NCBI GenBank assembly: GCA_963832905.1
Contig: CAWHVO010000002.1
Coordinates: forward strand, 506,547-570,546
Origin: Terriglobia bacterium
GTDB lineage: Bacteria; Acidobacteriota; Terriglobia; Bryobacterales; Bryobacteraceae
Direction: 5' to 3'
Length of the DNA stretch: 64,000 bases
Shown here: piece by piece, positions 55,584 to 64,000 of the stretch
Layout: each line of letters starts with the position of its first letter
Numbering within the stretch: the first letter of the stretch is position 1
The notes under the pieces: model-generated
Database searches by the model: none
What the model was told of the DNA's origin: nothing
What the model saw: the letters and a program-made list of their open reading frames with translations, nothing else
Program-made: the position numbers and the translations under genes

Positions 55584-56710
55584 CGCTCGTCGAGCCGGGG
55601 CCAGAACAATTCTTCCTCCCAGCGTTTTTTGATAAGATGCAGTATAGAGAGGCCTTTGCACCTTCAATGGGCGGCGGGGGTCAGATCGGCACTATAATCC
55701 GTGGCGGCTCCTCTCATTGAAGGGGCTGAATTCTCATGGCCACGAGCTACAGTCCGAAGCATTTCCTCCGCCAGGTACCGAACCCTTTTCTCTGAACGCT
55801 TTCGTGTTCCAGTGCCATCGGACACTTCTTTTGAAGTTAAGCTCGAAGGAACGCCAATCACCGTTGAAGCCAGATTTGGCCTGAAGGTAACGATCATTAC
55901 TCGCCCGTACGGTCATTAGGCGGTGTTTTAGATTTGTACCAAGCCGCGCTGGGGCTGGCGTAGATTTCTTCGGCGTCCCGGTACGATAGCGCGCTGGAGA
56001 AAATCACGCCATGGTCATTCTCCAAACGCGTGTTCGGATCTGCGTCGCGCTCGCGGAGCCAAACTGTTTCCCTCCGAACGCCACCTGCCCGTTGGTTGAC
56101 ACCATCGCGCCGCCGCACCATCGCGGAATATCCCCAATAAAACCAGCCGCTGCCCGGACTTTCAACTCTCTGTTTCTACCGGTGGAGAGTCGCCGTAGAC
56201 GGTCCGGCGCTCGCACGGTGCGCCGAATTTGCCCGCATTCTCCGTTTCTCCAGAGCGCGGGCAAGCGGTTAACGCGGTCGGCGTCTTGGTCTACACCTTT
56301 CGAATTCCCTGCGCGGGTTTACAGCGCTGCATTCGTTAGGGTATTTCAGACTGGCAGAGGCGTTGAACGCGATTCTCGCCGATCTTCAGCAAGAGCACGC
56401 CCAATTGAATGAAGCCATCGCCGCTATCGAACGGCTGGCCGCCGGACCATCCAAGTGACGATGCCGATCACGACCAATCCGCTCGCGATGCTTGTCTCGC
56501 AATCTGGTTTTTCCGTTTCTGGCATTTTGCGCTCTATTCAGTTTAACGGGAACGTTTTCAGACACCCATTGCGCGTACGCGAGCGGCCGTGCGGTCCGTC
56601 ATTTATGAATCCGCCTCTCGAAAAGTGAAGATCGACTCGGTCAAGCCACCTGATGGCGCTGCTCGTGAGCCTGCGCTTTCCAGCGGTAATATAGTGAGAA
56701 GAAGCTTGGA

Positions 56711-56977
56711 GTGAACATCGCCATCGACATTCCGGACGATATCGGACAGGTGCTCGCCGCCCAGGCGGGTGGGGCCTCGCGCGCAGTCGTGGAAGCGGTC
56801 GCCATCGAAGCATATCGGTCCGGAGCAATTACTCCTGCGCAAGTGCAGCAGATGCTCGGACTGCGCTCCCGGTGGGAGACAGAATCCTTCCTCCGGCGAG
56901 CCGAGGCCTTCCACGACTACACGATGGATGACCTTGAACGGGATATCGCCGCGATTCGTGACGCCTCGCGTCAATGA
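56711..56977 (+). CDS. UPF0175-family antitoxin
   Basis: 88 aa, GTG start. AVAIEAYRSGAITPAQVQQMLGL. Its 3' end overlaps the next gene by 4 nt. Confidence 0.65.
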   Translation: MNIAIDIPDDIGQVLAAQAGGASRAVVEAVAIEAYRSGAITPAQVQQMLGLRSRWETESFLRRAEAFHDYTMDDLERDIAAIRDASRQ

Positions 56978-57451
56978 TCGCCGTCGCGGATGCGTCACCG
57001 CTTTGCTTCCTCGTCGTGATCGGTGAGATCGATCTTCTCCCTGAGCTCTTTCTTCGGGTGGCCGTGCCGCAGGCTGTGATTGCCGAACTGCTGCACGAGG
57101 ACGCTCCAGAGGCGGTTCGGAATTGGGTGTCAAATCTGCCGGCTTGGATCTGCGCCGAAGCGACCCCTGACGTCATATTCCCCGGCATGGAGAAACTTCA
57201 GGCGGGAGCGCGCGTCAATCTTTTTGGCTGAGTCCATTAAGGCTGACATCGTCCTGCTCGATGAGAAGGCCGCGCGTCGTGTTGCCGCCAATCGTGGCCT
57301 GCGGGTCACTGGGCTCCTCGGGGTGCTGGGCGAGGCTGCCACCCGGCGACGGGTTGAACTGGCGCCCGCGATTGACAGCCTCAGGATGACGAGCTTCAAA
57401 TCCTCCCCAGCTCTGCTGAAGGCGACTCTGGACCGCTTCGGGAAACGGTAA
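56974..57451 (+). pseudogene. DUF3368 (PIN-like) toxin with one frameshift near 57205
   Basis: MIAVADASPLCFLVVIGEIDLLPELF...MEKLQAG, then a frame change to ERASIFLAESIKADIVLLDEKAARRVAANRGLRVTGLLGVLGEA. Confidence 0.6.
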
Positions 57452-57466
57452 TCCACTCGGCCTGTT

Positions 57467-58090
57467 ATGCTCTCAAGGGCTATGGATCGAGTCGAGCGCG
57501 GACGAACGCAACAAATCCACTGTGCCAATTGCGGCCAATTCACACCGGGCTACGATATCGTCAGCTACGGTTCCATTGAGAAGGGCTATCGTCAGCTTTG
57601 CAGCCAATGCTTCAATGCCGAGGTTGCCAAATCGGATGGTCTGGAAAAGTTTGAACACGTCAGATTCGAGCCCGTGGAGCTTGCCGACTGCACAGGTAAG
57701 ACCCATGTGTTTCATTTCCGGACCCGTTTGTTCGGTCCAGGCGTTGCTCTGGATGCGTTCGAGCTTCGCGACGCACGTCCGGCGGGCTATCAATTTCAGG
57801 TGATTGGTGATCCAAAGGATGATCTGCTGGTGCTGCTCGGGCGATTAATCGAGAAGATCCGGCGTGCCTTGTCCGTCGTGCACATCGGAGACGGGGAGTT
57901 GGGTTTGCAGATCGCGGATCACCGGGTTGTGCGAGGCATGATCGACTGGGATGAAGCCCAGGAGGGTCGTGTACCGCTGCTCACGATCGACGGCCGGGAG
58001 GTCGCCTGGGACGAACTCGGCCGCATGTTGATGACGTATGAGGGCTGGCAGTTCAAGTTGGAGATCAGAGATAAAAGCGAAGAGTGTTGA
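57467..58090 (+). CDS. hypothetical protein with N-terminal zinc-ribbon
   Basis: 207 aa. CANCGQ...CSQC. Confidence 0.6.
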   Translation: MLSRAMDRVERGRTQQIHCANCGQFTPGYDIVSYGSIEKGYRQLCSQCFNAEVAKSDGLEKFEHVRFEPVELADCTGKTHVFHFRTRLFGPGVALDAFELRDARPAGYQFQVIGDPKDDLLVLLGRLIEKIRRALSVVHIGDGELGLQIADHRVVRGMIDWDEAQEGRVPLLTIDGREVAWDELGRMLMTYEGWQFKLEIRDKSEEC

Positions 58091-58196
58091 CGCGCGAATC
58101 GTACCCGAGGAGCCAGAGAAACGGTCAACCCGTAGTTTGCCGAAGACCGATTCTCACCCCCGATCGACCCAATGAAAGGGCCTGGCGTCCGGGAGT

Positions 58197-58622
58197 TCAG
58201 TACGGAACGCGCTCGATGCCGGTAACGAACGTAACGCCGGAGACGACCACCCCTGAGAGCCTGTTGTCGTTGGTCACGAACAAATCGGTCCTCGCCGCGG
58301 AAGCGCAGGCCAACTGGATCGCGTCGGCCGGCCGAATGCGTTCCCGGCTTCGAATGTCGCCATAGCGCTGGGCTGCGTCCAGGCTGAAGCCAACCAATTC
58401 CACGGAACCACCCGAGAAAAAGTTGAGGTAACTCCTTTCGAGCATGGCGTTGTTCAGTTGTTTTGGCTTGGTGATTACCTCGCCGACAGTAAGGTAGCTC
58501 GTCAGCAATTCATCGCCACGGGCCAACATACTTCGACGTGGTTCGATTACGCGGGGTGACCACTCAGCATTCTTCTCGAACAGATAAATGAAGAGATTGG
58601 TGTCCCAAAAAACTCTCGCCAT
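58197..58622 (-). CDS. vapC: PIN-domain toxin VapC
   Basis: VFWDTNLFIY...TVGEV...DAIQLA...FVTNDNRL (the four acidic PIN positions). Confidence 0.88.
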   Translation of the reverse strand: MARVFWDTNLFIYLFEKNAEWSPRVIEPRRSMLARGDELLTSYLTVGEVITKPKQLNNAMLERSYLNFFSGGSVELVGFSLDAAQRYGDIRSRERIRPADAIQLACASAARTDLFVTNDNRLSGVVVSGVTFVTGIERVPY

Positions 58623-58626
58623 CCGA

Positions 58627-59106
58627 TCACCACTCCTGGCCCCGTATTCGTCTGTCGTTCAGCACGGCGAATACGTATGGGTAGTCCATCAGGTCACTGA
58701 TCTCGGTCGTGCGCGCCAGCGGACAACGGGACAGGGCCACTTCAAACTGCGTCCGCGTCAACTTACGATTGACGCGCTTGCCTTCGCGGAAAAACCAAAT
58801 CCCGGCCCCTTCCACTTCGAAGGTAAACGGGAGTCCTCTCACAGTTCGAAACTGCTCTCCCTGGCGACTGACAATGCGTTGCCAAATTGCCTCCGGCAGA
58901 TTCCGCGCGGGGCCGGGGGACAAATTCATCGCCGCCGGAACGGGCAGATCCTCCGACCTGAGGCGTTCCACAAATTTGTCTCCCGGCTCCAGTTCCCATA
59001 GTTGCCGCCCGACTCCAAGCATCGCCAGAACCGGGTCGTCGGCCACCGTGGCTTGATCCTTACCCTGTTCTCTATGCGATGAGAGAATTTTATGTTTTGC
59101 GGCCAC
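58627..59106 (-). CDS. putative VapC partner, atypically long (159 aa)
   Basis: It ends 4 nt before vapC. The N-terminal region of about 50 aa is antitoxin-like, and an extra C-terminal domain (FRTVRGLPFTFEVEGAGIWFFREGKRVNRKLTRTQFEVAL) follows. Confidence 0.6.
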   Translation of the reverse strand: MAAKHKILSSHREQGKDQATVADDPVLAMLGVGRQLWELEPGDKFVERLRSEDLPVPAAMNLSPGPARNLPEAIWQRIVSRQGEQFRTVRGLPFTFEVEGAGIWFFREGKRVNRKLTRTQFEVALSRCPLARTTEISDLMDYPYVFAVLNDRRIRGQEW

Positions 59107-59238
59107 CTCTTTAATCTCTCTATAAATTTATAATATCCCGGGAGAAAATCTGATCCGACGCCAGGGATTTGTGATTCCGGCGCCACTTCGGGACTCCCGA
59201 TCAGGCGGCCGCAGAACCTGAAATGCTATTTTCCTGAT

Positions 59239-60159
59239 GTGAACGAGGCGCACCGGCTAAGCGAAATCGTGCTGACCTCGCTCGACCGGGAACAGGATGC
59301 CGGCGGCCTCGCGCGCGAAGCCTGGCGAAGCCGGACCCAGTTTTACCGCGTGTTCCGGGCGATGGTCGAGGAGACGCCGGTGGGTATGCGGCGCAGGCTG
59401 CTTCTGGAGAGAGCGGCATGGCAGTTGTCGCGCACCCGGCTCTCCGTCACAGACATCGGACTCAACGCGGGGTACGGATCGCTCGAAGCGTTTACCCGGG
59501 CGTTCCGGAAGGCCTTCGCCGTTTCACCGAGCCTCTATCGCCGCATGGGGGCGACCAATACGCACCTGTACACCACTAACGGCATTCATCACCATTCCGG
59601 TACGACCGACACGAAAGGAACCGCTCGAACTATGGATCTCTTTGATCTCTTCTCCGGCCAGGAGTCCTGGCACACACAACGTCTTCTCAGTCTGGCGAAG
59701 CCGCTGACCGATGAGCAGCTGGATCGCCCATTGACAAATCAGGTAGAGGTCTTTCCATGGGACGATCCGGATGAGAGTCTACGCCAGGTTCTGGACCGGA
59801 TGGTGCTGACCAAGGAAGTCTGGGCCGCCGCGCTTACGGGAAGCGGCATGCCTCTGATGGAAGACGCGCCGCCGGAGCATCGAACTCCTTCGGCCATGCT
59901 GGCGCGCGTGGAGAAAGCGGATGCCGCGTTCAACAGCGTTCTTGCGGACGTTCGGAATCGAAGCGCCTGGGAAGACACGTTTGTCGATGCGCTTTGCGAG
60001 CCGCCGGAGACCTTTACCTTTGGCGGCACGTTCGCCCATGTGATTACTTTCAACTTCTATCGGCGCATGGTCGCTATCGACGCGCTGCGACGGCTCGGCG
60101 TAAAGGTGGAAGGGTTCGGCTGCCCGGAGGAGTACCTTGCCGGCGTCGCGCATCCGTGA
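59239..60159 (+). CDS. AraC-family regulator fused to a DinB-like domain
   Basis: SRTQFYRVFRAMVEETPVGMRRRLLLERAAWQL...VTDIGLNAGYGSLEAFTRAFRKAFAVSPSLYR. GTG start. Confidence 0.85.
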   Translation: MNEAHRLSEIVLTSLDREQDAGGLAREAWRSRTQFYRVFRAMVEETPVGMRRRLLLERAAWQLSRTRLSVTDIGLNAGYGSLEAFTRAFRKAFAVSPSLYRRMGATNTHLYTTNGIHHHSGTTDTKGTARTMDLFDLFSGQESWHTQRLLSLAKPLTDEQLDRPLTNQVEVFPWDDPDESLRQVLDRMVLTKEVWAAALTGSGMPLMEDAPPEHRTPSAMLARVEKADAAFNSVLADVRNRSAWEDTFVDALCEPPETFTFGGTFAHVITFNFYRRMVAIDALRRLGVKVEGFGCPEEYLAGVAHP

Positions 60160-60206
60160 GGCCAAACGAGCAGCGTGGGGCAGGCCATCGTCGTTTGTGG
60201 CCTGCG

Positions 60207-60611
60207 TTAAGCCAGAAACGCCATCCAGACCAGGGCCGGAGAGAGCACGGTCGTCAGCAGGCAGTAGAAGCAATACGCGCCGAATCTCGACATGTCGAAG
60301 ACCCCGAGAATATTGGCCAGCGTGGCAATGACCGCAAGCGTGCGGACCGAATAGCGAGCCCACACCGAGTCCGCGCCAAGCAGCGCGACCAAAATGAGGA
60401 GACCATAGAGTCCGGCTGCGATCAGCCCGTCCGGAATGCCGAATGGCCGGGCGAACGGCGCATCGGCCACCGCCTCACATCCGTGCTTCAGAAGAGGACA
60501 GCTCATGTGCTCAACCATCCGTGTCTGGTACGCGCCCACATAGAGCATCGCTGCTGCGCTGACAGCGGAAATGACGATCGACAGAAGCCGCGCCGTCCCC
60601 GTTGAGATCAT
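60207..60611 (-). CDS. VKOR-like integral membrane thiol oxidoreductase
   Basis: 134 aa, 4 TM segments, loop cysteines CPLLKHGC and a TM CFYC (CxxC). ATGA overlap with the upstream gene. Confidence 0.7.
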   Translation of the reverse strand: MISTGTARLLSIVISAVSAAAMLYVGAYQTRMVEHMSCPLLKHGCEAVADAPFARPFGIPDGLIAAGLYGLLILVALLGADSVWARYSVRTLAVIATLANILGVFDMSRFGAYCFYCLLTTVLSPALVWMAFLA

Positions 60612-61414
60612 CGCGAGCCCTCTCCTCCGGGGTTCAAGCTTGCCACGATCAGGCTGTAGCCGAAGGCGCCGTCCTGAATCGCCTTCATCGCTGCGCGTGC
60701 GAACTGCTTCGCCTGCGTCATATCCACCTCGGGCAGATCCAGCTGCTTCAGACCCGCCAGCAGTTCGAGTCCGAGAAGCCGGCCCTGCACATCGCGCGCC
60801 ATCTGCAGCAGGCAGTTGTCATGCGCCTCGACGGTGGTCACCTCGAAGGACGCCCCTTCCAGCGCGGCTCTGTATTCGGAAACCGGCAGCGCGTCCGCGA
60901 TACAGGCGATCCACGAGATCAGCCCGATGAGGTCCGCCGGAAGCGGCCCGCGCCGCGTCAGGTCGCTGAGGCCGATTCGTCCGCCGCCACCAAGCACCCG
61001 GGCGATTTCCCGTGCGGCGGCCGGTTTATCGGGGAAGGTGCAGAAGGCGCATTCGCAGATGGCGCAGTCGAAGCTCGCATCGGGGAGGTTTGTCCGTTCG
61101 GCGTCCCGTTCCAGAAACGTGACAAGGTGCGCCACACCGGATTCGGCAGCCCGTGCATTTGCCTCTTCCACGTTGCGGCTACCGAAGTCGATTCCGGTGA
61201 CTTCGCAGCCAAACTCCTTCGCGAGGAAAATGGCGCTCTCGCCCTTACCGCTCGCCACATCGAGAACGCGCACGCCGGGCCGCAGTTCGAGCAGATGGCC
61301 GAGACGCCGCGTCAGATCGAGTCCGCCGGGATGGAAATTCCCCCCCAGCAGCATGCGCGCGAAGTCACTCTCATAGGCGCGCGCGCAGCACGATTTCAAG
61401 GTCTCAGACTTCAT
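60608..61414 (-). CDS. class I SAM-dependent methyltransferase, ArsM-like Cys pattern
   Basis: N-terminal KSCCARAYESDFARMLLGGNFHPGG. VLDVASGKGE (motif I). DCAICECAFCTFPDK. It overlaps the radical-SAM gene by 11 nt. Confidence 0.85.
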   Translation of the reverse strand: MKSETLKSCCARAYESDFARMLLGGNFHPGGLDLTRRLGHLLELRPGVRVLDVASGKGESAIFLAKEFGCEVTGIDFGSRNVEEANARAAESGVAHLVTFLERDAERTNLPDASFDCAICECAFCTFPDKPAAAREIARVLGGGGRIGLSDLTRRGPLPADLIGLISWIACIADALPVSEYRAALEGASFEVTTVEAHDNCLLQMARDVQGRLLGLELLAGLKQLDLPEVDMTQAKQFARAAMKAIQDGAFGYSLIVASLNPGGEGSR

Positions 61415-62945
61415 CCTGAATTGCCACCAGACCGTTGTGGAGCGAGAAAGTCACCGGCCGGACTTCATATCGTGTGCCGGCCTGCCGCGCAGCGCGCCGA
61501 TGTTTCTCCTGTGCCACCAGCTGCGCGCGCGCCTGTTCGCGGTAGCCCACGGAATTGTATGCGCAGAAGGGAATCTGCGCGCCGCCGGGCAGCAGAAATT
61601 CCTTGCAGCACTTCATCAGGTTCTTCTGGTTGAATGTCCACGGGTCCATGAAATCCTGCAGCATGATCATGAAGATGAACTTCGAAAGACCCTTGAGGTC
61701 GAGCCGCCCATCGGGCAGACCACAGGCCGAGCAGGAGAACGCAAACTCACTCGCCACCTTTTCCGATCCCAGCACGGCCGACGATGACCAAAGCCCCTCA
61801 AGTGCGCGCCGCAGTTCAGCTCCCAGATCGGGCATGACGCGGTTCGAAATGTAGTCGAGGTAATCGTTCACATTCAGGATGCGCGGCAGCGGGGTGACTG
61901 CGCCGTTCTCGCCGAGATATGCGTATGTGACCGAATTGCAGGTCGGGAAGCAGCACGGCACCGGCACAAAATCGGACTTCACAAAAATCCCCTCGGTCTG
62001 CGCCTCGATCAGCGCGATGATATCGGGATTGGTCATGCGGCGCATCGGGTCATGCGATGCATGGCGTCCGGCGTGGAATGCCGGCTGAAAATTGATTCCC
62101 CTGACAGCCGGATGTTCGATGCCGAAGCGTACGATCCTGCCGATCTCATGCTCGTTGACGCCGCATTCGACCGCCGGAACCAGGATGACGGTACAGCCGA
62201 TTTCAGCGAGCCGGTCGAGTGCGCGCAGCTTCGTGGGAAGAATGTCCGGTTCGCCGCGGATAATGCGCCAGGTCTCCGATTCGAAGCCGTCGAACTGAAA
62301 ATAAATGTTGGGGCGCACGTCGGCAAGTTCGGCGAGGAAGCGGTCGTCTGTGGCGATCCGTTTGCCGTTGGTGTTCAGCATCACGTTCGGAATGCCGCGC
62401 TGCTGAGCCGCCCGCATCATCGGGACGATCTGCGGATGAATGGAAGGCTCGCCGCCGGAGAACTGAACAACCTGCGGATTGCCCTCCGCGGCCACCAGGC
62501 GATCCAGAATATCTTCGACTTCTTCGAGAGCCAGGTTGAAACCAGGGCCGGCCTCCGCAAAACACAGCGGGCAGGCCATGTCGCAGGCGCTGTTCACTTC
62601 GATGATGCCGAGGCAGGTGTGCTGCTGGTGGTCGGGGCACAGGCCGCAATCGTGCGGGCAGCCGTGGTTTGCGGCGGAGTGAAACGCCAGGGGTATGGTG
62701 CCGGGCTTATTGAATTTCGACGAATTTGTGTAGAGCTCAGCGTCGCCGTAAACCAGCGCTTCGATCTCGCCATGATCGGGGCAGCGTCTGCGCAGGTAAA
62801 CTTTACCGGCGCGGATGAGAACGTGACCATCGAGAATCCTCCGGCATACGGGACACATCGTCCGCGTCAGCTCATAGAAGACGTAATCCGCGTCTTTCTT
62901 CGTGTCTCCCGGAGCGGACGGGATTACAGGATGGGTCACGATCAA
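61404..62945 (-). CDS. radical SAM enzyme with GDGT/MAS (Tes)-type architecture
   Basis: 513 aa. Rubredoxin-like CPVC...CPDHG, extra cluster CPHDCGLCPDHQQHTC, radical-SAM CDMACPLC (Cx3Cx2C), C-terminal ...MLQDFMDPWTF...KCCKEFLLPGGAQIPFCAYN. Confidence 0.85.
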   Translation of the reverse strand: MIVTHPVIPSAPGDTKKDADYVFYELTRTMCPVCRRILDGHVLIRAGKVYLRRRCPDHGEIEALVYGDAELYTNSSKFNKPGTIPLAFHSAANHGCPHDCGLCPDHQQHTCLGIIEVNSACDMACPLCFAEAGPGFNLALEEVEDILDRLVAAEGNPQVVQFSGGEPSIHPQIVPMMRAAQQRGIPNVMLNTNGKRIATDDRFLAELADVRPNIYFQFDGFESETWRIIRGEPDILPTKLRALDRLAEIGCTVILVPAVECGVNEHEIGRIVRFGIEHPAVRGINFQPAFHAGRHASHDPMRRMTNPDIIALIEAQTEGIFVKSDFVPVPCCFPTCNSVTYAYLGENGAVTPLPRILNVNDYLDYISNRVMPDLGAELRRALEGLWSSSAVLGSEKVASEFAFSCSACGLPDGRLDLKGLSKFIFMIMLQDFMDPWTFNQKNLMKCCKEFLLPGGAQIPFCAYNSVGYREQARAQLVAQEKHRRAARQAGTRYEVRPVTFSLHNGLVAIQDEV

Positions 62946-63147
62946 TAGTAACTTCGTTCGGTCCAGCCAGTGGGTTACGCTTTCGCATTACTGGTTTCCA
63001 GGAAAGTCGCTGGATCGTAAAACCGCAGGGCATAGAACAGGTCCATCGTCTCCGGACTGCCTACGGGCTGGCTGTTCCCGAATAATCGGCAGTTTGTTGT
63101 CCCGTTTTTGGAGATTGTTGCGCTATCCAATACGAGGAGAAACGAAC

Positions 63148-63645
63148 ATGCCTTTTGATCCACCAATCGGCTCCATAACAGCATTTGCGGGTTCTCCGGA
63201 AAACTTTCCGGCCAACTACAGGCTTTGCGATGGTTCCGCCGTCAGCAGGACCGATCCGGCCTTCACTGCACTGTTCAACGTCATCGGTACTTCCTGGGGC
63301 GGGGACGGGGTAACTCATTTCAACCTTCCCGATCTGCGCGGAATGTTCCTTCGCGGAGTCAGCCAGGGATCGGGACGCGATCCGGATGCCGGCCAACGAG
63401 GCGCCATCAGCCCCGGAGGCCACGCCGGGAATGACGTGGGCAGTGTGCAGCTATCTGCCTTCGGGTCGCACACGCACAGCTACGTTGGGAAGTTCCTCGA
63501 AGCAGACGGCGGCGGCGGGTTCACCGGGCACGGTTTTGACTCTAATTCCCGCCAGAGCGATGCGCTGTTCTCGATGAACCCCGCCGGCGGCAGCGAAACT
63601 CGTCCCATTAACGTGAACGTATTCTGGATCATCCGCATCGGATAG
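63148..63645 (+). CDS. phage tail-collar domain protein (MdpB-like)
   Basis: AGGAGA 7 nt upstream. MPFDPPIGSITAFAG...YRLCDGSAVSRTDPAFTALFNVIGTSWGGDGVTHFNLPDLRGMFLRG is the Collar-domain signature. Confidence 0.88.
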   Translation: MPFDPPIGSITAFAGSPENFPANYRLCDGSAVSRTDPAFTALFNVIGTSWGGDGVTHFNLPDLRGMFLRGVSQGSGRDPDAGQRGAISPGGHAGNDVGSVQLSAFGSHTHSYVGKFLEADGGGGFTGHGFDSNSRQSDALFSMNPAGGSETRPINVNVFWIIRIG

Positions 63646-64000
63646 ATTCTCGTCTCGCACGAAGCCTGACCTTCGGCTGATCAAGGCCCGCGTTGCTGAA
63701 TCCGGCGCGGGCAGGCCGTAGAACACGTCCATCGTCTCCGGACTCCCCAGTGCGGTGTGCAGAGCCATGACAGTGCGCAAGCACCGGCCGCGCCACACGC
63801 GATTCCGGCCGGCACGCGCCCGCTACCGGGTAAGGCCGTTCTTCGATACCTCCTTCGAAGGCACTAATCCTCCCGACTCCGCGCGCGAGAGCTGCTTCTA
63901 TTCCTGGACCCATCAGCGGAAACCTCCGGCCGCCGCCTCGGCTCTGGGCAACTGAACGCCCAGGATTCCACGATGCGGTAAGGTTAACTTTGACTGAATT

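Noticed and set aside
55584-56710. Possible genes in the 1.1-kb stretch between the kinase-like gene and the UPF0175 antitoxin
   Set aside because: Only stubs are visible: a 19-codon start MATSYSPKHFLRQVPNPFL, an unstarted minus-strand frame ...WFYWGYSAMVRRRDGV..., and a C-terminal coiled-coil stub ending ...AIAAIERLAAGPSK at 56457. No complete ORF has a start, so I treat the stretch as decayed sequence.
60602-62948. Plus-strand ORFs 60602..61633 (343 aa) and 62052..62948 (298 aa)
   Set aside because: They are antisense to the methyltransferase and radical SAM genes, which carry unambiguous catalytic motifs.
1-64000. CRISPR arrays, rRNA genes, complete tRNA genes, reverse transcriptase, retron or DGR elements
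   Set aside because: I scanned intergenic regions for regularly spaced repeats and for the relevant signature motifs and found none. Short tandem repeats (8621-8640 ataccgctt x2; 30529-30548 aaatcgtgcc x2) are too small to be arrays.

Overview
GC-rich (about 60%) bacterial DNA. The TonB receptor with a carboxypeptidase-regulatory-like N-terminus and the many paralogous mobile elements suggest Acidobacteriota (Solibacter-like); this is inference only. Only the two ends look like ordinary chromosome. The left end (1-5.7 kb) has a partial hypothetical gene, an MFS transporter coupled to an AhpD-like gene that I read as a selenoprotein (in-frame UGA plus a SECIS-like hairpin), and a TonB-dependent receptor. 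The right end (59-63.7 kb) has an AraC regulator, a tightly coupled radical-SAM / ArsM-like methyltransferase / VKOR-like operon, and a tail-collar protein. The roughly 53 kb between them is a mobile-element graveyard. It holds two large serine recombinases plus two truncated ones, three tyrosine recombinases plus fragments, an IS110-family element, and two identical inverted IS66-family copies, one of which splits hsdM with an 8-bp target duplication. It also holds a conjugation remnant (RHH plus truncated TraG/VirD4), prophage remnants (terS, terL, ParB-methylase, a second terL fragment), an orphan RHS toxin tip with an immunity gene, a tmRNA (ssrA) 3' att remnant with its native terminator, and several toxin-antitoxin loci. 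One of these loci is a HigB-HigA-SecB-like (TAC) cassette bounded by perfect 32-bp direct repeats. Many genes are truncated and abut one another tail-to-tail, or carry single frameshifts; sequencing error cannot be excluded for the frameshifts. I found no rRNA, no complete tRNA and no CRISPR array. The best candidates for something undescribed are: the Toprim(RloB-like) 486-aa protein plus zinc-finger gene wedged between two terminase 3' ends; the PD-(D/E)xK-like protein divergent from the ParB-methylase; the DR-bounded TAC plus TM-REC cassette; and the radical-SAM operon. All functional calls rest on motifs read by eye, and no database search was run.
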